From the NCBI GenBank assembly GCA_964586255.1, contig CAZPGE010000004.1, forward strand, positions 32,693 to 96,692: DNA of 64,000 bases. The letters run 5' to 3'. The position numbers and the translations under genes were made by a program. Shown piece after piece: positions 53,140 to 62,186 of this stretch; position 1 is the stretch's first letter, and every line of letters begins with the position of its first letter. The DNA is from an uncultured Candidatus Saccharibacteria bacterium. Its GTDB lineage: Bacteria; Patescibacteriota; Minisyncoccia; Phycocordibacterales; UBA2100. The notes under the pieces are model-generated. The model made no database searches and was not told the DNA's origin. It worked only from the letters and a program-made list of their open reading frames with translations.

Positions 53140-54804
53140 ATGAATGTCCGCGAGAGTTTGCATGTAAAGTTGGCAGAGGCATTGAGGGCCGCCGGTGTTG
53201 AGGAGACTGTCGTGCATGTGGAGCATCCAGCGGATTTTTCCCATGGGGATTATGCGACTGGAGCGGCGCTCCAGTACGCCAAACACGTCGGTCTTACGCC
53301 GAGAGGGCTCGCTGAGCGCATCGTCGCTGCTATCGCCGATGTGCCAGGCGTTGCTTCTATAGAGATAGCGGGCCCTGGCTTCATCAATTTTAGACTTTCG
53401 GGCGACGCGCTCGCTGAGTCGGTAGTCGCAGCAAGGGAGAGCGACATGTGGGGCTCTATAGACACGTACGGCGGCAAAAAAGTGATGGTTGAGTATACCG
53501 ACCCGAATCCGTTTAAGGAGTTCCACATCGGACATCTCATGAGCAATGCCATCGGAGAATCGCTCTCTCGACTTTTTCAATTTTCCGGCGCAGAAGTGCG
53601 CCGCGCCAACTACCAGGGGGATGTGGGTCCGCATGTCGCAAAAGCGATATGGGGAATCAAGAGACTCTCGCTCGACCCAGGAAGTGCCGCATCGCTCGGT
53701 ATGGCATACGCAGCGGGAGCGAAAGCATACGAAGAAGATGCAGTCGCAAAAGAAGAAATCGAAGCGATAAACAAAGCCGTATACGAACACACCGATGCGG
53801 AAATCGACGATATCTATAACAAGGGTCGCGAAGCGTCCCTGAAGCACTTTGAAGAGCTGTATGAAATGCTCGGTACGAAATTCGACCATTACTTTTTTGA
53901 GAGCGAGACTGCGATTCGTGGAGTAGCTCTTGTCCGCTCACGCCCAGACATATTTGTGGAGAGTGACGGCGCCACAGTGTACAAGGGGGAGGACGAAGGG
54001 TTGCACACACGAGTATTTCTCACCTCCAAGGGGTTGCCCACGTACGAGACCAAGGACCTCGGCCTCGCACAGATGAAGGCCGAAGTATGGGATGCGGACA
54101 TGCTTGTGACGGTCACTGCAAATGAACAGAAAGATTATTTCAAGGTCATGCTCGCCGCTATGCACAAAGTCCTGCCCGACGTCGCCGCAAAAGTGGTACA
54201 CGTGACCCACGGCATGATGCGGTTCGCCGAGGGGAAGATGTCGTCGCGTACCGGCAATGTGGTCACGGGCGAGTCACTTTTAAACGAACTTATTGAAGTC
54301 GCCAAAGTCCGCGCACAAGAGAGTCGCGCAGAAAGCCCCGAGAGGCTCGCGAGAGATGTCGCGGTAGCTGCCATCAAATATCAAATTCTCAAGCAGGGCT
54401 CGGGAAAAGATATTATTTTCGACCGCGAGCGAGCACTTTCCGTGGATGGTGACTCAGGACCGTATGTGCAGTACGCGCACGCACGTACACATCAAATAGT
54501 GGAGAAAGCGTTGGTGTCGAATGTGGTGCCGTATTTCGATGCTGTCGCGCCAACCCATGACATAGCGCGCCTCCTACATCGCTTTCCAGAAATCGTGGAG
54601 TATGCGACAGAACAAAAAGAGCCACATATCGTGACGAGCTACCTCATAGAGCTCGCGGCGGCGTTCAATAGCTGGTATGCACAAGAACAGATACTCGACG
54701 GTACGCCTGCGGCGGCTCACAAGGTGGCTCTCACCGATGCGGTACGCCGCACGCTCAAAAATGGGCTTTGGATACTCGGCATGCCGGCGCCGGAGAAGAT
54801 GTAG
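53140..54804 (+). CDS. argS: arginine--tRNA ligase
   Basis: Class I 'HIGH'-like 'NPFKEFHIGHLMSNAIGE'. The C-terminal DALR anticodon-binding domain contains 'KMSSRTG'. Confidence 0.9.
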   Translation: MNVRESLHVKLAEALRAAGVEETVVHVEHPADFSHGDYATGAALQYAKHVGLTPRGLAERIVAAIADVPGVASIEIAGPGFINFRLSGDALAESVVAARESDMWGSIDTYGGKKVMVEYTDPNPFKEFHIGHLMSNAIGESLSRLFQFSGAEVRRANYQGDVGPHVAKAIWGIKRLSLDPGSAASLGMAYAAGAKAYEEDAVAKEEIEAINKAVYEHTDAEIDDIYNKGREASLKHFEELYEMLGTKFDHYFFESETAIRGVALVRSRPDIFVESDGATVYKGEDEGLHTRVFLTSKGLPTYETKDLGLAQMKAEVWDADMLVTVTANEQKDYFKVMLAAMHKVLPDVAAKVVHVTHGMMRFAEGKMSSRTGNVVTGESLLNELIEVAKVRAQESRAESPERLARDVAVAAIKYQILKQGSGKDIIFDRERALSVDGDSGPYVQYAHARTHQIVEKALVSNVVPYFDAVAPTHDIARLLHRFPEIVEYATEQKEPHIVTSYLIELAAAFNSWYAQEQILDGTPAAAHKVALTDAVRRTLKNGLWILGMPAPEKM

Positions 54805-54894
54805 CGCGGGCGCTTGCGAAAAAGTTTCTCAGGTATAGGCTGGTGCCAGCGTTGCGTAATCGTCAACAACCGCAACAGCTGCAAAGAGGCTGAA

Positions 54895-55071
54895 ATGTCA
54901 GACAGACTTACTGACGCAGCCCGCGAGCGAATCGAGAGGTTCGCAAGCGAGCATGGTACCGAGATGCCGCCGATTCCGCATCTCGACTTCGGATCGGAGG
55001 CTCTCGCCGACGGCGTGCGCGCCCGCATCGAGGACCACACGACCAAGAACGGTGCGCCAGCGCGCACCTGA
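54895..55071 (+). CDS. hypothetical small protein (58 aa)
   Basis: Short ORF followed by a strong intrinsic terminator. Weak call. Confidence 0.3.
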   Translation: MSDRLTDAARERIERFASEHGTEMPPIPHLDFGSEALADGVRARIEDHTTKNGAPART

Positions 55072-55094
55072 CGTACTTCTCCCGGGGGTACAAG

Positions 55095-55126
55095 GCCGGC
55101 GCTTTTTGCGCCGGCTTTTGTTTTTT
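55095..55126 (+). terminator. intrinsic terminator (GCCGGCGC-ttttt-GCGCCGGC then TTTTGTTTTTT)
   Basis: Perfect 8-bp GC stem followed by a long T-run. Confidence 0.6.
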
Positions 55127-55152
55127 GCCTGTCTGCCGTACGGCAGGCTACA

Positions 55153-58100
55153 ATGACCCACATGTCCGAATCTCAGAAAAGCGACGTATCTAAGCGCGAA
55201 GAGGCTACACTCGCGTTTTGGAAAGAACACCAGATTTTCGAAAAATCGGTCAAAAAACACGCGCCTTTGGGCGAATATGTCTTTTACGACGGGCCACCAT
55301 TTGCTACAGGACTCCCGCACTATGGGCATATCGTGGCATCGGTCATAAAAGATGTGATACCTCGCTACTTCACGATGCGAGGCTACAGCGTGCCGCGCGT
55401 GTGGGGCTGGGACTGTCACGGACTTCCGATTGAAAATATCGTTGAAAAAGAGCTTGGTTTCAAACACAAGAAAGACATCTTGGAGATGGGTGTCGCGAAG
55501 TTCAACGAGCTCTGCCGCTCGAAAGTATTCACGTATGCGGATGAGTGGAAGAAGGTAATCCCGCGTATCGGTCGCTGGGCAGATATGGAGAAGCCGTATT
55601 TCACGATGAGCCGCGACTTTATGGAAAGCGTGTGGTGGGCTTTCAAACAGATATACGACAAAGGTCTCGTCTACGAAGACTATCGCTCAATGCATATCTG
55701 TCCGCGCTGCGAGACGACGCTTTCACAAAGCGAAGTCGCAGAAGGGTACAAAGATGTGAAAGACCTTGCTGTCACAGCGAAATTTAAGATAAAGAACCCG
55801 GAAAAGATTGGTTTGTCTGGAGATGTGTACATCCTTGCGTGGACGACAACGCCATGGACGCTGCCTGGCAATGTCGCGCTCGCCGTTGGGAATGAAATTG
55901 AATACGTAAAAGTTACCAATAAAGGTGCACATTCAACTTCAGTAACGATGGAATTGAAAAGCGGTGAAGTAACGAGACAAGTAAATCTTTCACCTGGAGT
56001 GTACATAATGTCTAAGGATTTCTTCCAGAGGAACGTCTATTCAAATGCGGGCGTCATGGAAGTTCGATACATGCTCGGAGATCCCGAAGAGACAAAACGT
56101 AACGTTCTAAAATATGCAAATGATTTTCAAGGATTTGCGGCGGTGTATGGCGTTGAGATTGTTAAAGGTGTGTCACTTGCAGGTCTCGCGTACGAACCAC
56201 TTTTCGACAGTTACTCTTCTGATACCAACCTCAAAAACAAAGAGAATGGCTGGAAAGTGTATGCAGCGGATTTCGTTACGACTGAAGATGGTACGGGTGT
56301 GGTCCATATCGCGCCCGCGTTTGGTTCCGACGACATGGCGCTCGGGAAAAAAGAGAATCTCCCGTTTGTGCAGCACGTCAGGATGGACGGTATCATAAGG
56401 CCCGAGGTGAAGGAGCTTGCCGGTCTTTCGGTAAAGCCGATAGATGATATTCAGTCGACGGATGTTGCAGTTATCAAATATCTGGCGGAAAAGGGACTGC
56501 TTTTTTCAAAGGAAAAATACGAGCACTCGTATCCGCATTGTTGGCGTTGCGATACGCCACTCATCAACTACGCGACCTCGTCGTGGTTTGTGAAAATCGA
56601 AGACCAGAAATCTGCACTTCTCAAAAATGCCGCGCCCATCAACTGGTCTCCAGCGCACATCAAAGAGGGGCGGTGGGGCAAGTGGCTCGAAGGTGCGCGT
56701 GACTGGTCTATATCACGCCAGCGCTTCTGGGCGAGCGTGATACCGATATGGGTCTGCGAAAAGTGCAAAGCGAAGCGGGTATTTGGCAGTGCCACAGAGC
56801 TCGAGGAAGCCAGTGGGAAAAAGATAGACGACTTGCACAAACATATCGTCGATGAGATTTCGTTTTCTTGCTCAGAGTGCGATGGCGTGATGCGACGCAT
56901 CCCCGATGTGCTCGATACGTGGTTTGACTCAGGCTCGATGCCGTATGGCCAGGCGCACTATCCCTTTGAGAACAAAGCTGCTTTTGAGAAGACGTTTCCG
57001 GCGCAATTCATCGCAGAAGGACAGGATCAGACACGCGCATGGTTTTACTACCTGCACGTGCTCTCCACGTCTATCTTCGGCAGGAATGCGTTTCAAAACG
57101 TAATCGTGAACGGCATCGTGCTCGCCGAGGATGGCAAGAAAATGTCAAAGCGCTTGCAAAACTACCCTGACCCGATGGAGATCGTGGAAAAATACGGCGC
57201 AGATGCGCTCCGCTATTACATGCTCTCGTCACCCGTCGTACAGGCTGAGAATCTCAATTTTTCTGAAAAAGGAGTTGATGAGGCGCTCAAAAAGAATATC
57301 GGACGTCTCGGCAACGTGCTCGCGTTCTACCAGCTGTACGCCGATGGTACGGTGCGCGATTGGAAGAGTGAGCACGTACTCGATACATGGATTATCGCGC
57401 GACTTGATTCGCTTATCGAAGAAGTCACCAAGGCGTTTGATGCGTACCAGCTCGACGCGGCGACGCGCCCGCTCGCACTCTTCATCGATGACCTCTCTGT
57501 ATGGTATCTGCGCCGCTCTCGCGACCGCTTTAAAGAAGATGGGGATGATAAAAAGGCGGCGCTCGCGACGCTGCGTTTTGTACTGCATAGGCTCTCACTC
57601 GTGATGGCGCCGTCGATGCCTTTCTTCGCAGAGCACCTCTTTCAGGCCGTGCGAGAGGGTGAGGATGAGGAGAGTGCACACCTTGCCTCATGGCCATCGG
57701 TCTCGTACCAGCCACGCTTCTGGGCGAAGCTCTTTGGGGGAAAGGACTCACGCTTGGTGCTCGAGGCGATGCAGGTTGCACGCAATGTCGTATCAAGCGC
57801 TCTTGAAGAGCGCGATACGGCTGGCATAAAAGTACGTCAGCCGCTCTCCAAGCTCTCCATACCATCTTCCCTCAAACTCGCGGAGGAGTACCTCGCAATC
57901 ATTGCCGACGAGGTGAATGTGAAAAAAGTGGAGAGGCTTGGCGATGCTATAAGACTTGATGTTGAGATTACCGACGAATTGAAAGAGGAGGGAGTTGTGA
58001 GGGATACTATTCGCGAAATACAGGCATTTCGTAAAGAGCAGGGACTCAAGCCAGGAACATCTGCCACATATACGTTTGTAAAAGACGAACCTCGACGGAG

Positions 58101-58167
58101 TGTTATAGAGAAGAATCGCACGAAGATAGAAGACACGACATCGACAATGATTGTGTTTGTGGAATAG
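55153..58167 (+). CDS. ileS: isoleucine--tRNA ligase, type 2 (eukaryote/archaea-like form)
   Basis: 'GPPFATGLPHYGHI' (type-2 HIGH region), 'KMSKRLQNYPDP' (KMSKS), CP1 editing domain. 1004 aa. Confidence 0.9.
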   Translation: MTHMSESQKSDVSKREEATLAFWKEHQIFEKSVKKHAPLGEYVFYDGPPFATGLPHYGHIVASVIKDVIPRYFTMRGYSVPRVWGWDCHGLPIENIVEKELGFKHKKDILEMGVAKFNELCRSKVFTYADEWKKVIPRIGRWADMEKPYFTMSRDFMESVWWAFKQIYDKGLVYEDYRSMHICPRCETTLSQSEVAEGYKDVKDLAVTAKFKIKNPEKIGLSGDVYILAWTTTPWTLPGNVALAVGNEIEYVKVTNKGAHSTSVTMELKSGEVTRQVNLSPGVYIMSKDFFQRNVYSNAGVMEVRYMLGDPEETKRNVLKYANDFQGFAAVYGVEIVKGVSLAGLAYEPLFDSYSSDTNLKNKENGWKVYAADFVTTEDGTGVVHIAPAFGSDDMALGKKENLPFVQHVRMDGIIRPEVKELAGLSVKPIDDIQSTDVAVIKYLAEKGLLFSKEKYEHSYPHCWRCDTPLINYATSSWFVKIEDQKSALLKNAAPINWSPAHIKEGRWGKWLEGARDWSISRQRFWASVIPIWVCEKCKAKRVFGSATELEEASGKKIDDLHKHIVDEISFSCSECDGVMRRIPDVLDTWFDSGSMPYGQAHYPFENKAAFEKTFPAQFIAEGQDQTRAWFYYLHVLSTSIFGRNAFQNVIVNGIVLAEDGKKMSKRLQNYPDPMEIVEKYGADALRYYMLSSPVVQAENLNFSEKGVDEALKKNIGRLGNVLAFYQLYADGTVRDWKSEHVLDTWIIARLDSLIEEVTKAFDAYQLDAATRPLALFIDDLSVWYLRRSRDRFKEDGDDKKAALATLRFVLHRLSLVMAPSMPFFAEHLFQAVREGEDEESAHLASWPSVSYQPRFWAKLFGGKDSRLVLEAMQVARNVVSSALEERDTAGIKVRQPLSKLSIPSSLKLAEEYLAIIADEVNVKKVERLGDAIRLDVEITDELKEEGVVRDTIREIQAFRKEQGLKPGTSATYTFVKDEPRRSVIEKNRTKIEDTTSTMIVFVE

Positions 58168-58169
58168 TC

Positions 58170-58742
58170 ATGTACCAGAAATACAACACCGAAGCGCTGG
58201 TCTTGGGGAGTCGAGAGAGCGGGGAGAGCGACCGCACGATGGTGCTCTTCACAAAGGACTTTGGACTCGTTCGCGCTCGTGCGACTGCCGTGCGGAGCGA
58301 AAAATCAAAGATGCGCTATGCGCTGCAAAACTACTCGCTCGCCAATGTCTCGCTCGTGCGAGGAAAGAAGAGTTGGCGAGTGGCGGGCGCGACCGCGCTC
58401 AAGCTTGCGACTGGTGATGTCCGCGCTGTCGGCACATTTGCTCGTTCGTCGGAGCTCGTCGTCAGGCTCGTCCATGGCGAAGAGCAGAATCCGTACCTCT
58501 ATGCGGCTCTCGTGGAGGCACACAGTGCTCTCATGCGAGACAATGTTGAGGCGTTCGGGACCATAGAAATCGTCTGTGTAGCCCGAGTCCTGTATTCGCT
58601 CGGCTACATTTCTGCGGAAGCTCTCGAGACAGCGCTGTTTACGCATACTGCATATACGGGTGAACATCTCATGGAAGCAGAGACCATGCGCGACAAACTA
58701 CTTTCTTCTATCAATAAGGCCATTGCGGAAACACAGCTCTAA
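58170..58742 (+). CDS. recO: DNA repair protein RecO (short form)
   Basis: N-terminal OB-fold 'TEALVLGSRESGESDRTMVLFTKDFGLV' is RecO-like. Abuts the ileS stop. Confidence 0.65.
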   Translation: MYQKYNTEALVLGSRESGESDRTMVLFTKDFGLVRARATAVRSEKSKMRYALQNYSLANVSLVRGKKSWRVAGATALKLATGDVRAVGTFARSSELVVRLVHGEEQNPYLYAALVEAHSALMRDNVEAFGTIEIVCVARVLYSLGYISAEALETALFTHTAYTGEHLMEAETMRDKLLSSINKAIAETQL

Positions 58743-58757
58743 AGCTAATCTCTCCGT

Positions 58758-59195
58758 ATGATAACCATTTCTCAACTTACAGAAGCGACAGCGAACTCTA
58801 TTGCCGAACTTAATACGCTCATGCGCGAACTCCGCACCGAACAATCCGGCGATGCCATTAACAGTGTCGACGACATGACGCTGCTGCTGAGCGATAAAAA
58901 TATTGTCGTCATGACGGTGAAAGACGACGAAAAGATTGTTGGTGTTGCCACTCTGTATATAGTGCCCAAAATCGGGAAGACCGTCGCGTACATCGAAGAT
59001 GTCGTCGTGAGTAGCGCGTATCGTGGACAGGGGTTGGGCGAGAAACTCGTGCGCAAAGTCATCGAAACCGCGAGAAGTAGGCATGTCAAAAGTGTAGGGC
59101 TTACCTCGCGTCCGGCACGAGAAGCAGCAAATAAGCTCTACCAAAAGATTGGCTTCAATCGCAAGGAGACGAACGTCTACAAGCTCGCTCTCTAA
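58758..59195 (+). CDS. GNAT-family N-acetyltransferase
   Basis: Acetyl-CoA binding motif 'VVVSSAYRGQGLGEKLVRKVIETAR'. Confidence 0.75.
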   Translation: MITISQLTEATANSIAELNTLMRELRTEQSGDAINSVDDMTLLLSDKNIVVMTVKDDEKIVGVATLYIVPKIGKTVAYIEDVVVSSAYRGQGLGEKLVRKVIETARSRHVKSVGLTSRPAREAANKLYQKIGFNRKETNVYKLAL

Positions 59196-59199
59196 CCAT

Positions 59200-60354
59200 A
59201 TGGCGCGGGTGAAGATAAGCGAATATAAGGCGAAGAAGATTCTCTTTGGGGAGGCGTACGATGGTCTACAGTTGCGCACAGGCGAGTCCATGAATATCCC
59301 GGATGGACACTGGGTGGCGAAAGTCGACCAGGGCGTCAAGAAGCGCTTCAAGCAAGGGCTTGTCGCTGTCGACAAACCGAAGGCTGAGATACTCACTGCA
59401 ATCGCCGAGTGGGAGAAAAAAGGATTCACGCAATTCGTCCTTGAGCCGTATTTTGAACACGAGGAGACAGAGGAGCAGTACCTCTCTCTCGAGAGAGTCC
59501 GAGGAGGAGTGCGCGTGCTGCATGCGTCGGGAGGAGGGATCAATATAGAGGAGCACCCTGAAGCGGTCGGACGTTACATTATATCTGAGGAAGCTGATAT
59601 CGCAGGAATTGCGAAAAAGACCAAGGTTCCGGAGTCTTTCCTGTCGCGCCTGTACGCAATATTCAATGCGAGCCACTTTTCATTCTTGGAGATTAATCCG
59701 CTCATCGTGCGAAGTGAAGACGTGTATGCGCTCGATGCGGCCGTGCTCGTCGACAGTGCGGCGGAGTTTTTCGTTTCTGGCATCTGGAGCGACGATGACG
59801 TCGTGAAGACAAAAGCGAAACATGTCGCCGAGGAGCGCGTAGAAGCGCTTGCGGCGACCACACCCGCGGCTCTCAAGCTCTCCGTAATCAATCCCAACGG
59901 CGCGCTCTTCTTCCTGCTCTCAGGTGGAGGCGGAAGTATCGTAATTGCTGATGAGGCACAGCTTGAGGGTGTCGGACACCTCATAGCGAATTACGGAGAA
60001 TACAGCGGCGGTCCGACTCGCGAAGAAACATACCTGTATTCAAAAGAGATAATCGGCATGATGATTGAATCGAAGGCGCACAAGAAAGCGCTCGTGATTG
60101 CGGGCGGGGTCGCAAATTTTACCGATGTGAAAAAGACTTTTCTCGGTATCATAGATGCGCTCAAAGAGCGCTCGGAAGAATTGCGGACGCAGGGTACAAA
60201 GATATTTGTTCGGCGTGGTGGTCCCAATGAAAAGGTGGGCTTGCAGCTCATGCGCGATTTCTTACAAAACGAAGGGCTTCTAGGCGCAGTCTACGGCTCG
60301 GACGTCGTCATTACACAAGCGGTGGACGATGCCATTCAATATATCCGCATATGA
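59200..60354 (+). CDS. aclB: ATP-citrate lyase beta subunit (ATP-grasp, citrate-binding)
   Basis: Strong similarity to the ACLY N-terminal half: 'FSFLEINPLIV...VYALDAAVLVD', 'ANYGEYSGGPTREETYLYSKEI', 'IAGGVANFTDVKKTF', 'IFVRRGGPNEKVGLQLM'. ATG at 59200; the ORF track extends upstream. Confidence 0.8.
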   Translation: MARVKISEYKAKKILFGEAYDGLQLRTGESMNIPDGHWVAKVDQGVKKRFKQGLVAVDKPKAEILTAIAEWEKKGFTQFVLEPYFEHEETEEQYLSLERVRGGVRVLHASGGGINIEEHPEAVGRYIISEEADIAGIAKKTKVPESFLSRLYAIFNASHFSFLEINPLIVRSEDVYALDAAVLVDSAAEFFVSGIWSDDDVVKTKAKHVAEERVEALAATTPAALKLSVINPNGALFFLLSGGGGSIVIADEAQLEGVGHLIANYGEYSGGPTREETYLYSKEIIGMMIESKAHKKALVIAGGVANFTDVKKTFLGIIDALKERSEELRTQGTKIFVRRGGPNEKVGLQLMRDFLQNEGLLGAVYGSDVVITQAVDDAIQYIRI

Positions 60355-62150
60355 AAACTATACTTGAAGAAGTGAGAGCGGGTGCAGACGGAATCCTCGT
60401 CGTCGGAAATCATCCGCAGATTGTGCAGGCGATTCTCGATTTCGATTACTTGGCAAGCAAGGAGAGCCCTTCGGTCGTCGGAGTTATCTCGGGTACACGC
60501 AAAGCGCAAAAGTTCTTTTACGGTACGGGAGAAGTGCTCGTACCGTGCTTCGGCAGTGTTCGTTTGATGCCTGAGACGCTGCGACCGCGTGTGAAATGGA
60601 TGCTTAACGCACAGTCGGGTCGGCGTACCTTCGAGTCGACCGTCGCCTTCTTTGAGACTTTTCCCGACGCACTCGGAGGTCACTTGTTTGCGGAAAACGT
60701 GCCGGAGATTCATGCGACCGAATTAATACGCCGTTTCGGAAAAAAATATGTCATCGCGGGACCGTCCGGCGTGGGCATCCTCGTGTCCGGTGCACTCAAG
60801 CTAGGTGCGATAGGCGGTACCGACGCGTCGCAAATACGAGCGAGCAAGCTCGCATCGCGGGGCTCTGTCGCCGTCGTATCGACTTCAGGGGGCATGACCA
60901 ACGAACTTATTCGTGCGGTCTCGGGTGCTGGAAAACGCGTGTCATTCTCGATATCGATAGGCGGAGACCGGTTCCCAGTGACAGGTCTCTCTGACGTGCT
61001 CCGCTTGGCTGAGAGCGACGTTGATACAAAAGCCATCGTCTATTTCGGGGAGCTCGGTGGCTCTGACGAATACGAGATAGTGGAGATGCTTGAGAAAAAA
61101 GAGCTGACGAAACCCATAATTTGTTACATTGCGGGAGTTATCGACGAAGCATTCGATGAGCACATGCAGTTTGGACACGCGAAGGCGCTCGTGGCTACAA
61201 AGGACCAAAGTGCGCGCGCGAAGCGAAGCGCTCTCGCGTCGGCTGGTGCCACGGCGCCCGAGACATTCCCCGGGTTTCTCAAGGCACTTACTGAGCTGCC
61301 GCTTCCGGATATTCGTGATACCGTCGTGGATATGGATCCACTTGAGAATCGTAAAGCGAGCATCCTTTCGACGAGAGAGATAGTTGATTTGGATACAGTG
61401 CCTGTTTTTGTACAAGCAGGTGCACTCGTAAAGCAAAAAGAAAATGCATTTGCGGGGGCGACGATGCAGGCTCTTCTCGGGCATGAAGTGTCGCCTGAGA
61501 CTGCTGCATTTGTAGAAAATATATTTGAACTCCTTATCGACCATGGGGGCCATGTCTCCGGCGCAGTCAATACGATGGTGAGTGCTCGCGCAGGAAAGGA
61601 CATGGTGTCGTCGCTCGCATCAGGTCTCCTTACGATAGGTCCACGCTTTGGCGGCGCGGTCAATGAAGCGGCGCGTGCATGGCTCGAGGGCAGCGAATCG
61701 GCCGTGCCCGCGATGGAGTATGTGGAGAAAAAGACTCGTGCGGGAGCACTCCTGAGCGGCATTGGCCACCGCAAATACCGCGTAGGGATTCCTGATCCGC
61801 GTGTTGCAGCGCTTTCAGAGTTTGCATCGCTGCTCAAAAAGCATCCATACTACGATTTTGCACGCGAAGTGGAGAAGGTGACGACCGGGAAGAACGGCAA
61901 CCTCATACTCAATGTCGATGGTGTTATGGCCGCGCTCCTTCTCGACATGCTCGCCGAGAAAGAAGGCGTATCAAAAGAAGAGCTTCACGAGCTTGTGGAT
62001 GCGGAATTTTTCAACGCACTCTTCATAATTCCGCGATCTGTGGGCTTTATCGCTCATTTTCTCGAACAGAAACGCAACGACGAAGGGCTCTTCCGTCTTC
62101 CTGACGAGCTCCTCTTTGAGAAGAAAAGCGAAAAAAAGAAGAAGAATTAG
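60351..62150 (+). CDS. aclA: ATP-citrate lyase alpha subunit (CoA-binding + phosphohistidine domain + citrate-synthase-like C-terminal domain)
   Basis: 'STSGGMTNE' (SucD-like), phospho-His loop 'QFGHAKALV', C-terminal 'SGIGHRKYRVGIPDPRV' (citrate-synthase-like). Start overlaps the aclB stop (ATGA). Confidence 0.8.
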   Translation: MKTILEEVRAGADGILVVGNHPQIVQAILDFDYLASKESPSVVGVISGTRKAQKFFYGTGEVLVPCFGSVRLMPETLRPRVKWMLNAQSGRRTFESTVAFFETFPDALGGHLFAENVPEIHATELIRRFGKKYVIAGPSGVGILVSGALKLGAIGGTDASQIRASKLASRGSVAVVSTSGGMTNELIRAVSGAGKRVSFSISIGGDRFPVTGLSDVLRLAESDVDTKAIVYFGELGGSDEYEIVEMLEKKELTKPIICYIAGVIDEAFDEHMQFGHAKALVATKDQSARAKRSALASAGATAPETFPGFLKALTELPLPDIRDTVVDMDPLENRKASILSTREIVDLDTVPVFVQAGALVKQKENAFAGATMQALLGHEVSPETAAFVENIFELLIDHGGHVSGAVNTMVSARAGKDMVSSLASGLLTIGPRFGGAVNEAARAWLEGSESAVPAMEYVEKKTRAGALLSGIGHRKYRVGIPDPRVAALSEFASLLKKHPYYDFAREVEKVTTGKNGNLILNVDGVMAALLLDMLAEKEGVSKEELHELVDAEFFNALFIIPRSVGFIAHFLEQKRNDEGLFRLPDELLFEKKSEKKKKN

Positions 62151-62186
62151 GGCGAGCAGGGTCTTCGGAGTGGTAGAATTGTCTGA

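Noticed and set aside
53071-53889. 272-aa minus-strand ORF
   Set aside because: Entirely antisense to the well-supported argS gene (53140-54804). Typical spurious ORF in GC-rich coding sequence.
55072-55152. T-box leader upstream of ileS
   Set aside because: The intergenic space is only about 80 nt and is occupied by an intrinsic terminator plus a short hairpin. That is too short for a T-box (about 250 nt), and no specifier or T-box sequence was seen.
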